In this document: positions 49,332 through 58,562 of the stretch, one piece after another
Position numbering within the stretch: position 1 is the first letter of the stretch
Layout of the letters: every line of letters begins with the position of its first letter
Source of the DNA: an uncultured Alphaproteobacteria bacterium
GTDB taxonomy: Bacteria > Pseudomonadota > Alphaproteobacteria > HIMB59 > GCA-002718135
Reading direction: 5' to 3'
Length of the DNA stretch: 64,000 bases
NCBI GenBank assembly: GCA_902577945.1
Contig: CACHBB010000004.1
Location: 2,255 to 66,254, forward strand
Notes under the pieces: model-generated
What the model was told of the DNA's origin: nothing
The model's database searches: none
The model's input: the letters and a program-made list of their open reading frames with translations, nothing else
Program-made: the position numbers and the translations under genes

Positions 49332-50815
49332 TAAGTAGTATTATCACGTATGAATTGATTTGCTTTTTTTATTATATATTTTTTTCTTTCAGGTTTCATT
49401 TTATCATAAATTTTAACCATCATGTTTAAACGAGGATTAGACTGAAAAAAACTTCTATTTTTATTGATAAATCGCCAGTACAATCCATCCATTATATCAT
49501 TCCAATTACCTTTTTTAAAATTCATCATTTTCATAAAATAACTAGATCCACAAATATATGGCTTTGTACTAAAAATTCCTCCATCACTAAACAATCCCAT
49601 TCCATAAACATTGGGTGACATTACCCAATCGGAGCTATCGACAAACATTTCCATAAACCAATTATAAACTTCACTAGGTTTAATTTCACATAAGTTCATT
49701 ATGTTACATAAAATCATTAATCTTTCAATATGATGTGTGTATCCATACCTTTGAGCATTTTTGATTGAATGGTCTAAAGGATCTAAACCTGTAGTGCCAT
49801 CATACCATTTATTAGTAAGAGAATTTTTATGTTTAAAGAAATTATTTTCTTCTAATTGCTTATCATAATTTTGGTAAATACCTCTAATAAATTCCCTCCA
49901 TCCAATAATTTGTCTGATATACCCTTCATAAGAATTGATTTTAATTTTATTTTCAACTTTTTTTAATCTCTCAATAATAATTTCAGGTGTTAATAAACCT
50001 AAATTAATCATGGGGCTTAGTGCACTATGAAATAAAAAATTATTATTAGTATCGACTGCATCTTCGTAGTCACCAAATAAATTAAATTTTTTTATAATAA
50101 AATAATCTAACCATTTAACCGCATCACTACAAGTTGTTGGCAGCCAAAAATTATCAACTTCACCTGGGTGATTTTTAAAAATTTTATTAATTTGTTTTTT
50201 TAAAACTTTTGTATGTATTGTTTCTTTTGCAATTATCATTTCTGGTATTTTAATATCTTTAGGAAGTTTTTTTCTGTTATCTTCATCAAAACTCCATTTT
50301 CCACCCTTAGGTTTATTATTTTCCATTAAAATATCTGTTTTAGTACGAGCAATTTTATAAAAATTTGCCATAAAAGGTTTTTTTGTTTTACTTAAATAAT
50401 TTTTAAATTCATCTCTGGAGTTTAAAAACATAGGTGATTGTATAAAAGTTAATTTAATATTATTTTTCTTACATAATGCGATTATTTTTTTTTCAAAAAA
50501 TTTATCTTCAATTTCAAAAGAAGTTAATTCTTCATATTTATTTTTTTTTATAAAATTCTCTAATTTTTTTTCATAGGTAATTTTAAAATCCTTATTTAAA
50601 TCAATATAATTTACTTTAAATTTATTTTTTTTTAATTCATCAGCATAAGATCTCATTGAGGACAAAAAAAGTATAAGTTTTAATTTATGATGTTTTTGAA
50701 AAGTACAAAGATCATAACTTTCACACATAAAAATCGTTGAATTTATGTGTTTTCTCAGATATTTTTGAGGGAATAATTGATTTCCTAATATTAAAAATAA
50801 ATTTTTCATAAACAT
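49331..50815 (-). CDS. cryptochrome/photolyase, PhrB/CryB-type lacking Fe-S cysteines
   Basis: LILGNQL, HHKLKL, GGKWSFD..NR, FGDYEDA, RQIIGWREF, YTHHIERLM, TKPYI. Confidence 0.9.
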   Translation of the reverse strand: MFMKNLFLILGNQLFPQKYLRKHINSTIFMCESYDLCTFQKHHKLKLILFLSSMRSYADELKKNKFKVNYIDLNKDFKITYEKKLENFIKKNKYEELTSFEIEDKFFEKKIIALCKKNNIKLTFIQSPMFLNSRDEFKNYLSKTKKPFMANFYKIARTKTDILMENNKPKGGKWSFDEDNRKKLPKDIKIPEMIIAKETIHTKVLKKQINKIFKNHPGEVDNFWLPTTCSDAVKWLDYFIIKKFNLFGDYEDAVDTNNNFLFHSALSPMINLGLLTPEIIIERLKKVENKIKINSYEGYIRQIIGWREFIRGIYQNYDKQLEENNFFKHKNSLTNKWYDGTTGLDPLDHSIKNAQRYGYTHHIERLMILCNIMNLCEIKPSEVYNWFMEMFVDSSDWVMSPNVYGMGLFSDGGIFSTKPYICGSSYFMKMMNFKKGNWNDIMDGLYWRFINKNRSFFQSNPRLNMMVKIYDKMKPERKKYIIKKANQFIRDNTT

Positions 50816-50904
50816 CTAAATAGTAAGTTATTAGAAAATTTATATAAATTATTAAATTTAATTGCTTATTTTAAACAATTTTTAATTATAGTAATTGATA
50901 ATTA

Positions 50905-51414
50905 ATGACCAAATTAATAAAATTATTAGTAATTCCATCAATAATAAGTTTTGTACTAATTTCTTGCAATACCTCATCTCCAAATAAGGTAAAAAAATCT
51001 GATGCACAGAAAATAACTAATATAGAATATGGAACAATCAAAACCTCTCTTCCAGTAAAAATAGAAGGTGAAAGTGATTGGATTGGCGCAACTGCAGGAG
51101 CAATGATTGGGGGTCTTTTAGCATCTCAAATATGTGGAGAAGAAGAAATTCTAGGAACTAAGTGTCAAGATATTGCTATAGTATATGGAACAATTGGTGG
51201 AGCAGCTATGGGTTCAGTAATACAAGCTAAAATTGGTAATCATGATGGATTCCAGTATATAGTAAATATTGATCAATGTGGTAATGACAATTCTAACTGT
51301 AAAAATGATCAAGAGAAAGCTTTTGTGCAAGGAGATGATAATGCTCTTCCAAATGGTCAAAGAGTTGTAATAATCTACGGTGATATAATAAGAGTTATGC
51401 CTTATGAAGAATAG
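50905..51414 (+). CDS. glycine-zipper outer-membrane lipoprotein (SlyB-like)
   Basis: Lipobox LISC; GATAGAMIGG and GTIGGAAMG glycine zippers; VQG.....GQRV. Confidence 0.8.
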   Translation: MTKLIKLLVIPSIISFVLISCNTSSPNKVKKSDAQKITNIEYGTIKTSLPVKIEGESDWIGATAGAMIGGLLASQICGEEEILGTKCQDIAIVYGTIGGAAMGSVIQAKIGNHDGFQYIVNIDQCGNDNSNCKNDQEKAFVQGDDNALPNGQRVVIIYGDIIRVMPYEE

Positions 51415-52264
51415 TTTAGTAAAATTCATTTTTTGCTTTCTTTTATTATTACCATTTAACCTAAATGCAGAATTAATTTTTGAAGACAATTTTCCAAAAG
51501 ACATACAAGGTATTTGGAGCGATGATTGCAGCGCAGAATATCAAGTCTTCATAATATCAAATAACACAAGTATGTGGATTGATGATACATATGTTGGGTT
51601 TAATGTATCGAAAACCTCAAAGGTAAAAGAATGGTCAGCATATAAATGGGGTGAATTAGATGGTAGTTATTATTATTTTTTAAAAAAAGATGGTGATAAT
51701 TTACTTGAAGTTACTGCTCCTGATGATTGGGATGGTATAGATTATTCTTTTTTAAATTCGTCAGAGTATTCAGTTTATGAAAAATGCGAGTCAATACCTG
51801 GTGTCTTTCAAATTATTTATGGTGAAATTATTAATTTAATGAATTCTCAATTAATTGAAACATGTAATAATGATAATAATCCTGCAAATTGTATTAATGA
51901 AACTTTTGAATTTTTAGATGTATCTCAAGATGATGAATTGTCAGTAGCGGAATTAACTCGTGCAGCAAGAATAGCTATATACTTTACATTTATTGATAAA
52001 AGACGAGACGAAGATAGAGATATAGGTTTTGCGACCTACACTACAACATCACTTATATTTCCTGCGTTATCAAAAATTATAATAGGGAATTATGATTATG
52101 ATAATTCAAATACAATTTCTTTAAAAGAAATTTATACGGATCGTATTGATACATTAGATTATCAAAATTTATTTAAAGAAAATTTAAAAGGAATAGATCC
52201 AGAAGAATTAAGAAGATTAATTGAAAACTTAGATTTTTTAAAGTCATTACTAATGTTAAATTAA
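51404..52264 (+). CDS. exported hypothetical protein with two EF-hand-like loops
   Basis: Signal peptide; loops DVSQDDELSVAE and DYDNSNTISLKE. Confidence 0.65.
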   Translation: MKNSLVKFIFCFLLLLPFNLNAELIFEDNFPKDIQGIWSDDCSAEYQVFIISNNTSMWIDDTYVGFNVSKTSKVKEWSAYKWGELDGSYYYFLKKDGDNLLEVTAPDDWDGIDYSFLNSSEYSVYEKCESIPGVFQIIYGEIINLMNSQLIETCNNDNNPANCINETFEFLDVSQDDELSVAELTRAARIAIYFTFIDKRRDEDRDIGFATYTTTSLIFPALSKIIIGNYDYDNSNTISLKEIYTDRIDTLDYQNLFKENLKGIDPEELRRLIENLDFLKSLLMLN

Positions 52265-52273
52265 ATTACTTTC

Positions 52274-52303
52274 TTGACTTTTAAGTATATTTTTAAATAT
52301 AAA
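52274..52303 (+). promoter_or_regulatory. sigma70-like promoter
   Basis: TTGACT (52274-52279) and TATAAA (52298-52303), 18-nt spacer. Confidence 0.45.
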
Positions 52304-52308
52304 TAGAT

Positions 52309-52392
52309 ATGAACAAAAGAAATTTATATGCTGTTATTTCTTTAGTCTTTATATTTGCTGCTTTAAATCTAACTATTTATTTTTTTTATTAG
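52309..52392 (+). CDS. 27-aa single-TM small protein (below ORF-track cutoff)
   Basis: MNKRNLYAVISLVFIFAALNLTIYFFY*; basic N-terminus then a hydrophobic helix; ATG just after the promoter. Confidence 0.45.
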   Translation: MNKRNLYAVISLVFIFAALNLTIYFFY

Positions 52393-52599
52393 ATTATGGT
52401 AATTAGAAGTAAATCCAGTATTAATAAAAAAATTTACGAAATTAATGGGCAAAAAACTATGTTTGGTTATGATAATGTTAATTTTAAAACAGTAAATTTA
52501 CCTAAGAAACAAAAATATAAAAACTTATGTAGTAAATTTCGTTTAAAAAAATTTAATAAAATAAAGACAATATACCTTAATACATTAATTATTAATTAA

Positions 52600-53574
52600 G
52601 TGAAAAATATAGCCATAATAGGTGCTGGAATGACTGGTTTATCTCTAGCCTATAATCTTCAAAATACTAATATAACTATATTTGATAAGTCTTGGCGAGC
52701 TGGTGGCAGAGCATCTACTAGAAAACATGATGATTTAATATTTGATCACGGAGCACATTATTTATCTCAAAAACATAAAGTTAAACAGCTAAATGATGTT
52801 TTAAATAAATTAAATTTGTTAAAAGAAAAAGAAATCATATTCTATGCTGATTTTAAAAAAAATGAAAAAATTAAAAAAAAGATTTTTGTTGGTAAAAATG
52901 GAATAAATTCAATTCCAAAAGGCATCTTTGAAAATATAAAAATTAATAGTCATTTTAATACTAAAGTTTTAAAAATTTTTAAAAATAAAAAAAACAATTA
53001 CGATTTATACACTGAAAATGAAGTATTTAAAGATTATGATATAGTTTTAGTTTGTATCCCTTTTTTTCAAGCTAAAGAATTAACTACAGATTACATAAAA
53101 TTTTCAAATAATCACATACCTGAATATGATCCAATTTATACACTAATGCTATCTTTTAAAGAAAAAACACATTTAAAAATTGATGGTGGATTAAATTTGC
53201 ATGATGATATTAGTTTTTTTATGAAACAAAATTTCAAATTCCCTAAATTGAAGAGTGAAAGTTGGGTTTTAAATATGAGTAGTGAATATACAAAAAAAAA
53301 TTTAGATATAAGTAATGTTGAATTAGAAAATTATGCTTTTTCAATATTTAAAAAGATATTAAAAGTAGATAATAAACCTTTTTTTATAAAAACCCATCGA
53401 TGGCTATACGCACAAACGAAAACAACATATAATTCATTATCAAAAAAAAATTGGATAAATTCAAAAGATAATAAAATATTCCTTACTGGTGATTGGGTTT
53501 TAGGTAAGAGTTTGAGTGATGCTTGGAATGCTGGTTTGCAATTATCACATTATTTAAAAATATTAGATATTTAA
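52600..53574 (+). CDS. FAD/NAD-dependent oxidoreductase (renalase-like)
   Basis: IIGAGMTG, FDKS..AGGR.STR, FDHGAHY, HRWLYA, GDW. Confidence 0.82.
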   Translation: MKNIAIIGAGMTGLSLAYNLQNTNITIFDKSWRAGGRASTRKHDDLIFDHGAHYLSQKHKVKQLNDVLNKLNLLKEKEIIFYADFKKNEKIKKKIFVGKNGINSIPKGIFENIKINSHFNTKVLKIFKNKKNNYDLYTENEVFKDYDIVLVCIPFFQAKELTTDYIKFSNNHIPEYDPIYTLMLSFKEKTHLKIDGGLNLHDDISFFMKQNFKFPKLKSESWVLNMSSEYTKKNLDISNVELENYAFSIFKKILKVDNKPFFIKTHRWLYAQTKTTYNSLSKKNWINSKDNKIFLTGDWVLGKSLSDAWNAGLQLSHYLKILDI

Positions 53575-53641
53575 CAATTTTTTCTTTATTTTCCTTGCAA
53601 TAGATTAAATTAAAAATATCTATATAATTCTCAGATTAATT

Positions 53642-54532
53642 ATGTGTGGAATAGTTGGTATTTATTTAAAAAAGAAAAATTTACATCAAAAACTTGGCAA
53701 TTACTTGTCTGGTATGCTTGATAATATGTCATCAAGAGGTCCTGATTCTGCTGGCTTTGCCATATATAATAAAAACAACTCATCAAGAACCTACAAATAC
53801 TCTGTTTGTTGTCCTTCAGATTTCGATATAAAGAAATTTGAAATAAGTGTTGGCAATGAATTCAAAGACATCTTAATTAAGAGTGTTTCTGATCATTTAG
53901 TTATTTCAACTAAAACAAGTCCAAAACTTTTTCTTTCATTTTTAGGTAATAATTATAAAGAATTAAAAATAATTGGTTATGGTAAATCTATCGAAATCTT
54001 TAAACAAGTTGGTAACCCAAAAGAAATAGTTAAGAAATTTAAGTTGAACAAATTACAAGGCAGTCATGCAATTGGACATACCCGTATGGCAACAGAGAGT
54101 GCTATTACTTTAGATGGCTCTCATCCTTATTCTACAGGTGAAGATGAATGTTTGGTCCATAACGGATCTCTTTCAAATCATAACAATTTAAGAAGAAAAT
54201 TAATTAAAAAAGGAAAGAAATTTGATTCATTTAATGATACTGAAGTTGCTGCAGGATATATTAGTAATCAATTATCAGAAACCAAATCTATGAAAAAAAC
54301 ACTAACGAAATGTCTTTCAAATTTAGATGGTTTTTACACATTTATAGCAGGTACAAAAAATGGTTTTGCAGTTTTAAGAGATGAAATAGCATGTAAACCT
54401 GCTGTAATTGCTGAAACTAAGGATTATGTTGCAGTTGCATCTGAGTTTCAAGCAATGGCACATCTTCCTGATGTAAATAAAGCAAAAATTTATGAACCAG
54501 AACCTGGAGTAGTTTATACATGGGGAAATTAG
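53642..54532 (+). CDS. glxB: N-methylglutamate synthase subunit A (class II glutamine amidotransferase; MgsA)
   Basis: MCGIVG, RGPDSAG, GHTRMATES, VHNGSLSNH, RD.IACKP. Confidence 0.88.
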   Translation: MCGIVGIYLKKKNLHQKLGNYLSGMLDNMSSRGPDSAGFAIYNKNNSSRTYKYSVCCPSDFDIKKFEISVGNEFKDILIKSVSDHLVISTKTSPKLFLSFLGNNYKELKIIGYGKSIEIFKQVGNPKEIVKKFKLNKLQGSHAIGHTRMATESAITLDGSHPYSTGEDECLVHNGSLSNHNNLRRKLIKKGKKFDSFNDTEVAAGYISNQLSETKSMKKTLTKCLSNLDGFYTFIAGTKNGFAVLRDEIACKPAVIAETKDYVAVASEFQAMAHLPDVNKAKIYEPEPGVVYTWGN

Positions 54533-55215
54533 AAAACTTAGATTTTAAGAAAAACAGTCTTAGAAATATCAATAATTTTCTCCAAAATATTGATTTTAAA
54601 AAAAATCTAAGAGAGTTTGTAATTAGAAATCCAAGTGGCAATCATGCAATTTGTGCAGGTTTAAAAGAAGATATTTCTGTAAACATCAAAGGACATGTTG
54701 GATATTACTGTGGAGGTATGAATCAAAATGCAAACATAACCATTGAAGGTAACGCAGGTACTGGACTTGGTGAAAATATGATGTCTGGACTAATACATGT
54801 AAAAGGAAATGTTTCACAATCAGCTGGAGCAACAGCTCATGGTGGTACAATAATTGTAGATGGTAACGCTAGTTCAAGATGTGGAATTTCAATGAAGGGT
54901 GTGGACATCATTATCAAGGGTTCAGTCGGTCATATGTCAGCATTCATGGCTCAATCAGGCACTCTATTAATTTGCGGAGATGCCGGTGAAGCTTTAGGCG
55001 ATAGTATTTATGAAACAGTTATTTATATTGCAGGAACACCAAAAAGTTTAGGTGCGGATTGTGTAGAAAAAAAAATAACAAAAAAAGATTTAATTAAAAT
55101 AGATGAATTACTTAATATTGGAAAAATAAAAAAAATTAAATCATCCAAATTTAAAAAATATGGATCTGCAAGAAAATTGTACAACTTTAAAATAGACAAT
55201 GTATCAGAATATTAA
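54520..55215 (+). CDS. glxC: N-methylglutamate synthase subunit B (GXGXG domain; MgsB)
   Basis: GHVGYYCGGMN, ENMMSG, RCGISMKG, GEALGDSIYE, YGSARKLYNF. Confidence 0.9.
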   Translation: MGKLENLDFKKNSLRNINNFLQNIDFKKNLREFVIRNPSGNHAICAGLKEDISVNIKGHVGYYCGGMNQNANITIEGNAGTGLGENMMSGLIHVKGNVSQSAGATAHGGTIIVDGNASSRCGISMKGVDIIIKGSVGHMSAFMAQSGTLLICGDAGEALGDSIYETVIYIAGTPKSLGADCVEKKITKKDLIKIDELLNIGKIKKIKSSKFKKYGSARKLYNFKIDNVSEY

Positions 55216-56562
55216 ATGAAAAATAAAAGACAAAAAAATTCAACAAAACCAAGACAATCATGGACTTTTGATGAATACACCAACTCTGAAATTAGAAGAG
55301 CAGCTGAAACTGGTATTTATGATATTAGGGGCGGCGGTTCAAAAAGAAAATTACCTCATTTTGATGATTTGCTTTTCTTGGGAGCATCAATGTCCAGATA
55401 TCCATTAGAAGGATATAGAGAAAAATGCTCTACTGATGTCATATTGGGCACTAGGTATGCAAAAAAACCTATTGAATTGAAGATACCAATTACAATAGCA
55501 GGAATGAGTTTTGGCGCACTCTCAGGCCCTGCTAAAGAGGCTTTAGGTAGAGGTGCTTCAATCGCTGGCACATCTACCACAACTGGTGATGGAGGAATGA
55601 CAAAAGAAGAAAGAGGTCAATCAAAAACTTTAGTTTATCAGCTTTTGCCTTCAAGATATGGAATGAATCCAGATGATTTAAGAAAAGCAGATGCTATAGA
55701 AGTGGTTATTGGTCAAGGTGCAAAACCAGGTGGTGGAGGAATGTTACTTGGTCAAAAAATTTCAGACCGTGTAGCCGAAATGCGCACATTACCAAAAGGA
55801 GTAGATCAAAGATCAGCTTGCAGACACCCAGATTGGACTGGTCCAGATGATTTAGCAATAAAAATAACAGAATTAAGGGAAATAACTCAATGGAAGGTTC
55901 CAATTTTTGTAAAAATTGCAGGTGCACGTCCCTATTATGATACAGCTCTAGCTGTTAAAGCTGGTGCAGATGTCGTAGTTCTTGATGGAATGCAAGGAGG
56001 AACTGCCGCTACACAAGAGGTGTTCATTGAAAATGTTGGTCAACCTACCCTAGCCTGTATTAGACCCGCAGTAGATGCGTTACAAGACTTAAACGTTCAT
56101 AGAGAAGTTCAATTAATTATTTCTGGTGGAATTAGAAACGGCGCAGATGTTTCAAAAGCATTAGCTCTCGGAGCAGATGCCGTATCAATTGGTAGTGCTG
56201 CAATGATTGCCATTGGTGATAATGATCCAAAATGGGAAAAAGAATATAACAGAATTGGTTCAACAGCAGGTGCATACGATGATTGGCACGAAGGTAATGA
56301 TCCAGCAGGTATCTCTACTCAAGATCCAAAATTAATGAAAAGATTAGATCCTAAAAAAGCTGGTAAAAAATTATCAAATTATCTTAAGGTGATGACTCTT
56401 GAAGCTCAAACTATTGCTAGAGCATGTGGTAAAAATGATTTACATAACTTAGAACCAGAAGATTTGTGTGCTTTAACTGTAGAAGCAGCTGCAATGGCGA
56501 GAGTTCCTCTAGCTGGTACAAACTGGATACCTGGATCTGACCAAAAGAATAATTTAACTTAA
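55216..56562 (+). CDS. glxD: N-methylglutamate synthase subunit C (FMN-binding glutamate synthase-like; MgsC)
   Basis: SRYPLEGYRE.C, AGMSFGALS, GQGAKPGGGG, RHPDWTGPDDL, PLAGTNWIPG. Confidence 0.92.
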   Translation: MKNKRQKNSTKPRQSWTFDEYTNSEIRRAAETGIYDIRGGGSKRKLPHFDDLLFLGASMSRYPLEGYREKCSTDVILGTRYAKKPIELKIPITIAGMSFGALSGPAKEALGRGASIAGTSTTTGDGGMTKEERGQSKTLVYQLLPSRYGMNPDDLRKADAIEVVIGQGAKPGGGGMLLGQKISDRVAEMRTLPKGVDQRSACRHPDWTGPDDLAIKITELREITQWKVPIFVKIAGARPYYDTALAVKAGADVVVLDGMQGGTAATQEVFIENVGQPTLACIRPAVDALQDLNVHREVQLIISGGIRNGADVSKALALGADAVSIGSAAMIAIGDNDPKWEKEYNRIGSTAGAYDDWHEGNDPAGISTQDPKLMKRLDPKKAGKKLSNYLKVMTLEAQTIARACGKNDLHNLEPEDLCALTVEAAAMARVPLAGTNWIPGSDQKNNLT

Positions 56563-57738
56563 AAATTTTTTAATATTTTTTGCAGCCTGCCTTATCCGTT
56601 GTGTATTTTCAACTAAACCAATACGAACAAAACCCTCTCCGTTATTACCAAATGCTAACCCTGGTGCTACAGCAACATCAGCTTTTATCATTAATTTTTT
56701 TGCAAATTTCATTGATCCAAATTTTTTAAATTTATGTGGAATAGGTGCCCAAACAAACATACTTGCCTTTGGTTTAGGAATATCCCACCCAGCCCTTCCA
56801 AATGACTCAATAAGAACGTCTCTTCTTTTTTTATAAATTTGTCGGATTTCTTCTACACATTGCTGAGAGCCATTTAAAGCTGCTGTTGCTGCAACTTGAA
56901 CAGGAGTAAACGCACCATAGTCAACATAAGATTTAATCTTAGTTAATGCCTCAATAAGTGTTTTATTTCCAACTGCAAAACCAATTCTCCAACCAGCCAT
57001 TGCATATGTTTTTGATAAAGTTGTAAATTCTACCGCTACCTTTTTAGCTCCATTAACTTCTAAAATTGATGGTGGAGGATTATTTTCAAAATAAATTTCA
57101 GAATAAGCTAAATCAGATAAAATATAGATACCATTTTTTGAAGCTAATTTTACAAGATCTTTATAGAAATCTATATTAACTATTTGTGCAGTAGGATTTG
57201 AAGGAAAAGAAACTATTAGGGCTTTTATTTTAGAATTTTTTTTTATATTTCTTTCAATATTTATTAGATATTTTTGTGGATTAAATTCTCCGTTATAAAT
57301 TGTTTTTAATGGAATTAATTTTGCACCAGCTATAGTAAAACCATATGGATGCACAGGATACGAAGGGTCTGGACACAAAATTTTGTCACCTTTAGATGTA
57401 ATTGCCTGCGCAAGGTTGGCCAAACCTTCTTTAGAGCCAATTGTTACAATTATTTCTTTATTAATATCAAGATTTACACCAAACCTTCTCTTGTAATATT
57501 TTGCCTGAGCTTTTCTTAAACCATTAATACCTTTTGAAACAGAGTATCTCCCTACTCCAGGTTTATCAATTGTTTCTTTTAATTTTTGCCTAATATGGAT
57601 AGGTGTTGGCATATCAGGATTGCCCATACCAAAATCAATAATATCTTTTTTTTCTGAACGTAGTTTAATCTTAAGACTATTAATTTCTGAGAAAATGTAT
57701 GGTGGGAGTCTGTTAATTCTTTCAAATTTAGATTTCAT
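56554..57738 (-). CDS. PLP-dependent class I aminotransferase (AlaC / LL-DAP aminotransferase-like)
   Basis: DFGMGNPD, GSKEGLA, DLAYSEI, SKTYAMAGWRIG, SYVDYG. Confidence 0.88.
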   Translation of the reverse strand: MKSKFERINRLPPYIFSEINSLKIKLRSEKKDIIDFGMGNPDMPTPIHIRQKLKETIDKPGVGRYSVSKGINGLRKAQAKYYKRRFGVNLDINKEIIVTIGSKEGLANLAQAITSKGDKILCPDPSYPVHPYGFTIAGAKLIPLKTIYNGEFNPQKYLINIERNIKKNSKIKALIVSFPSNPTAQIVNIDFYKDLVKLASKNGIYILSDLAYSEIYFENNPPPSILEVNGAKKVAVEFTTLSKTYAMAGWRIGFAVGNKTLIEALTKIKSYVDYGAFTPVQVAATAALNGSQQCVEEIRQIYKKRRDVLIESFGRAGWDIPKPKASMFVWAPIPHKFKKFGSMKFAKKLMIKADVAVAPGLAFGNNGEGFVRIGLVENTQRIRQAAKNIKKFLS

Positions 57739-57819
57739 ATTTTTTTAATAGATAATTTTTAAAAAAAAACTACTTTTAATAAAATTGATTTTTAACAATA
57801 TTATTACTATTTTTAAGAT

Positions 57820-58521
57820 ATGACTAAATTATTATTTTATATTTTACCGTTTTTGTTAGTTTTTCTCCCAAGCTTATGGGTAAACTATGTTTTAAAAAAA
57901 TTTAATGTAACTTTTTCTGATATGCCATTTACAGGGAAAGAATTAGGTAAAATAATACTAGAAGAGCATAACATAAATAACGTTAGCATAAATTCAATAA
58001 AACAATTAGATCATTATAATCCAATAGATAAAAAAATTCACATTTCAGAAGATAAAATTAATAAAAAAAGTATTACTAGTATATCTGTAGTTGCACATGA
58101 AATTGGTCATGCTATTCAAGATAAGTATAATTATAAACCACTTAAATTAAGACAAACTTTAATAGAGAAAACTTCTATCTTACAAAGAATAGGTTCATTT
58201 CTTTTAATTATAGGACTTCCATCAATTTTTGCTTTTACTAAAAGTCCTTTTATTACTTTACTAGCTGGAATTATAATAATGGGATGCCTATCAACGAATG
58301 TTTTAATTCATTTAGTAACACTACCTGTTGAATTTGATGCTAGTAAGAGAGCATTAAAAATTTTAGAAAAATATGTTCCAAAGAAAAATATTAAACAATG
58401 TAGAGCGGTATTGACGGCTGCTGCATTTACTTATTTGGCCCAATCAATAGTCAGTATATTCAGATTAAAAATTATACTGTTATCTTTTGTTAATATTTTT
58501 AAATCACTAATTAGAAGATAA
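57820..58521 (+). CDS. membrane zinc metallopeptidase (YugP-like)
   Basis: DHYNP, AHEIGHA, TLPVEFDASKRA, AAAFTY. Confidence 0.88.
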   Translation: MTKLLFYILPFLLVFLPSLWVNYVLKKFNVTFSDMPFTGKELGKIILEEHNINNVSINSIKQLDHYNPIDKKIHISEDKINKKSITSISVVAHEIGHAIQDKYNYKPLKLRQTLIEKTSILQRIGSFLLIIGLPSIFAFTKSPFITLLAGIIIMGCLSTNVLIHLVTLPVEFDASKRALKILEKYVPKKNIKQCRAVLTAAAFTYLAQSIVSIFRLKIILLSFVNIFKSLIRR

Positions 58522-58562
58522 TTTTTCTTTCATTTAAATTATAATTATTTAATTATTAACTT

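Noticed and set aside
52396-52599. 67-aa Lys/Asn-rich ORF
   Set aside because: No SD or motif, and its composition mirrors AT-rich intergenic DNA; cannot be supported.
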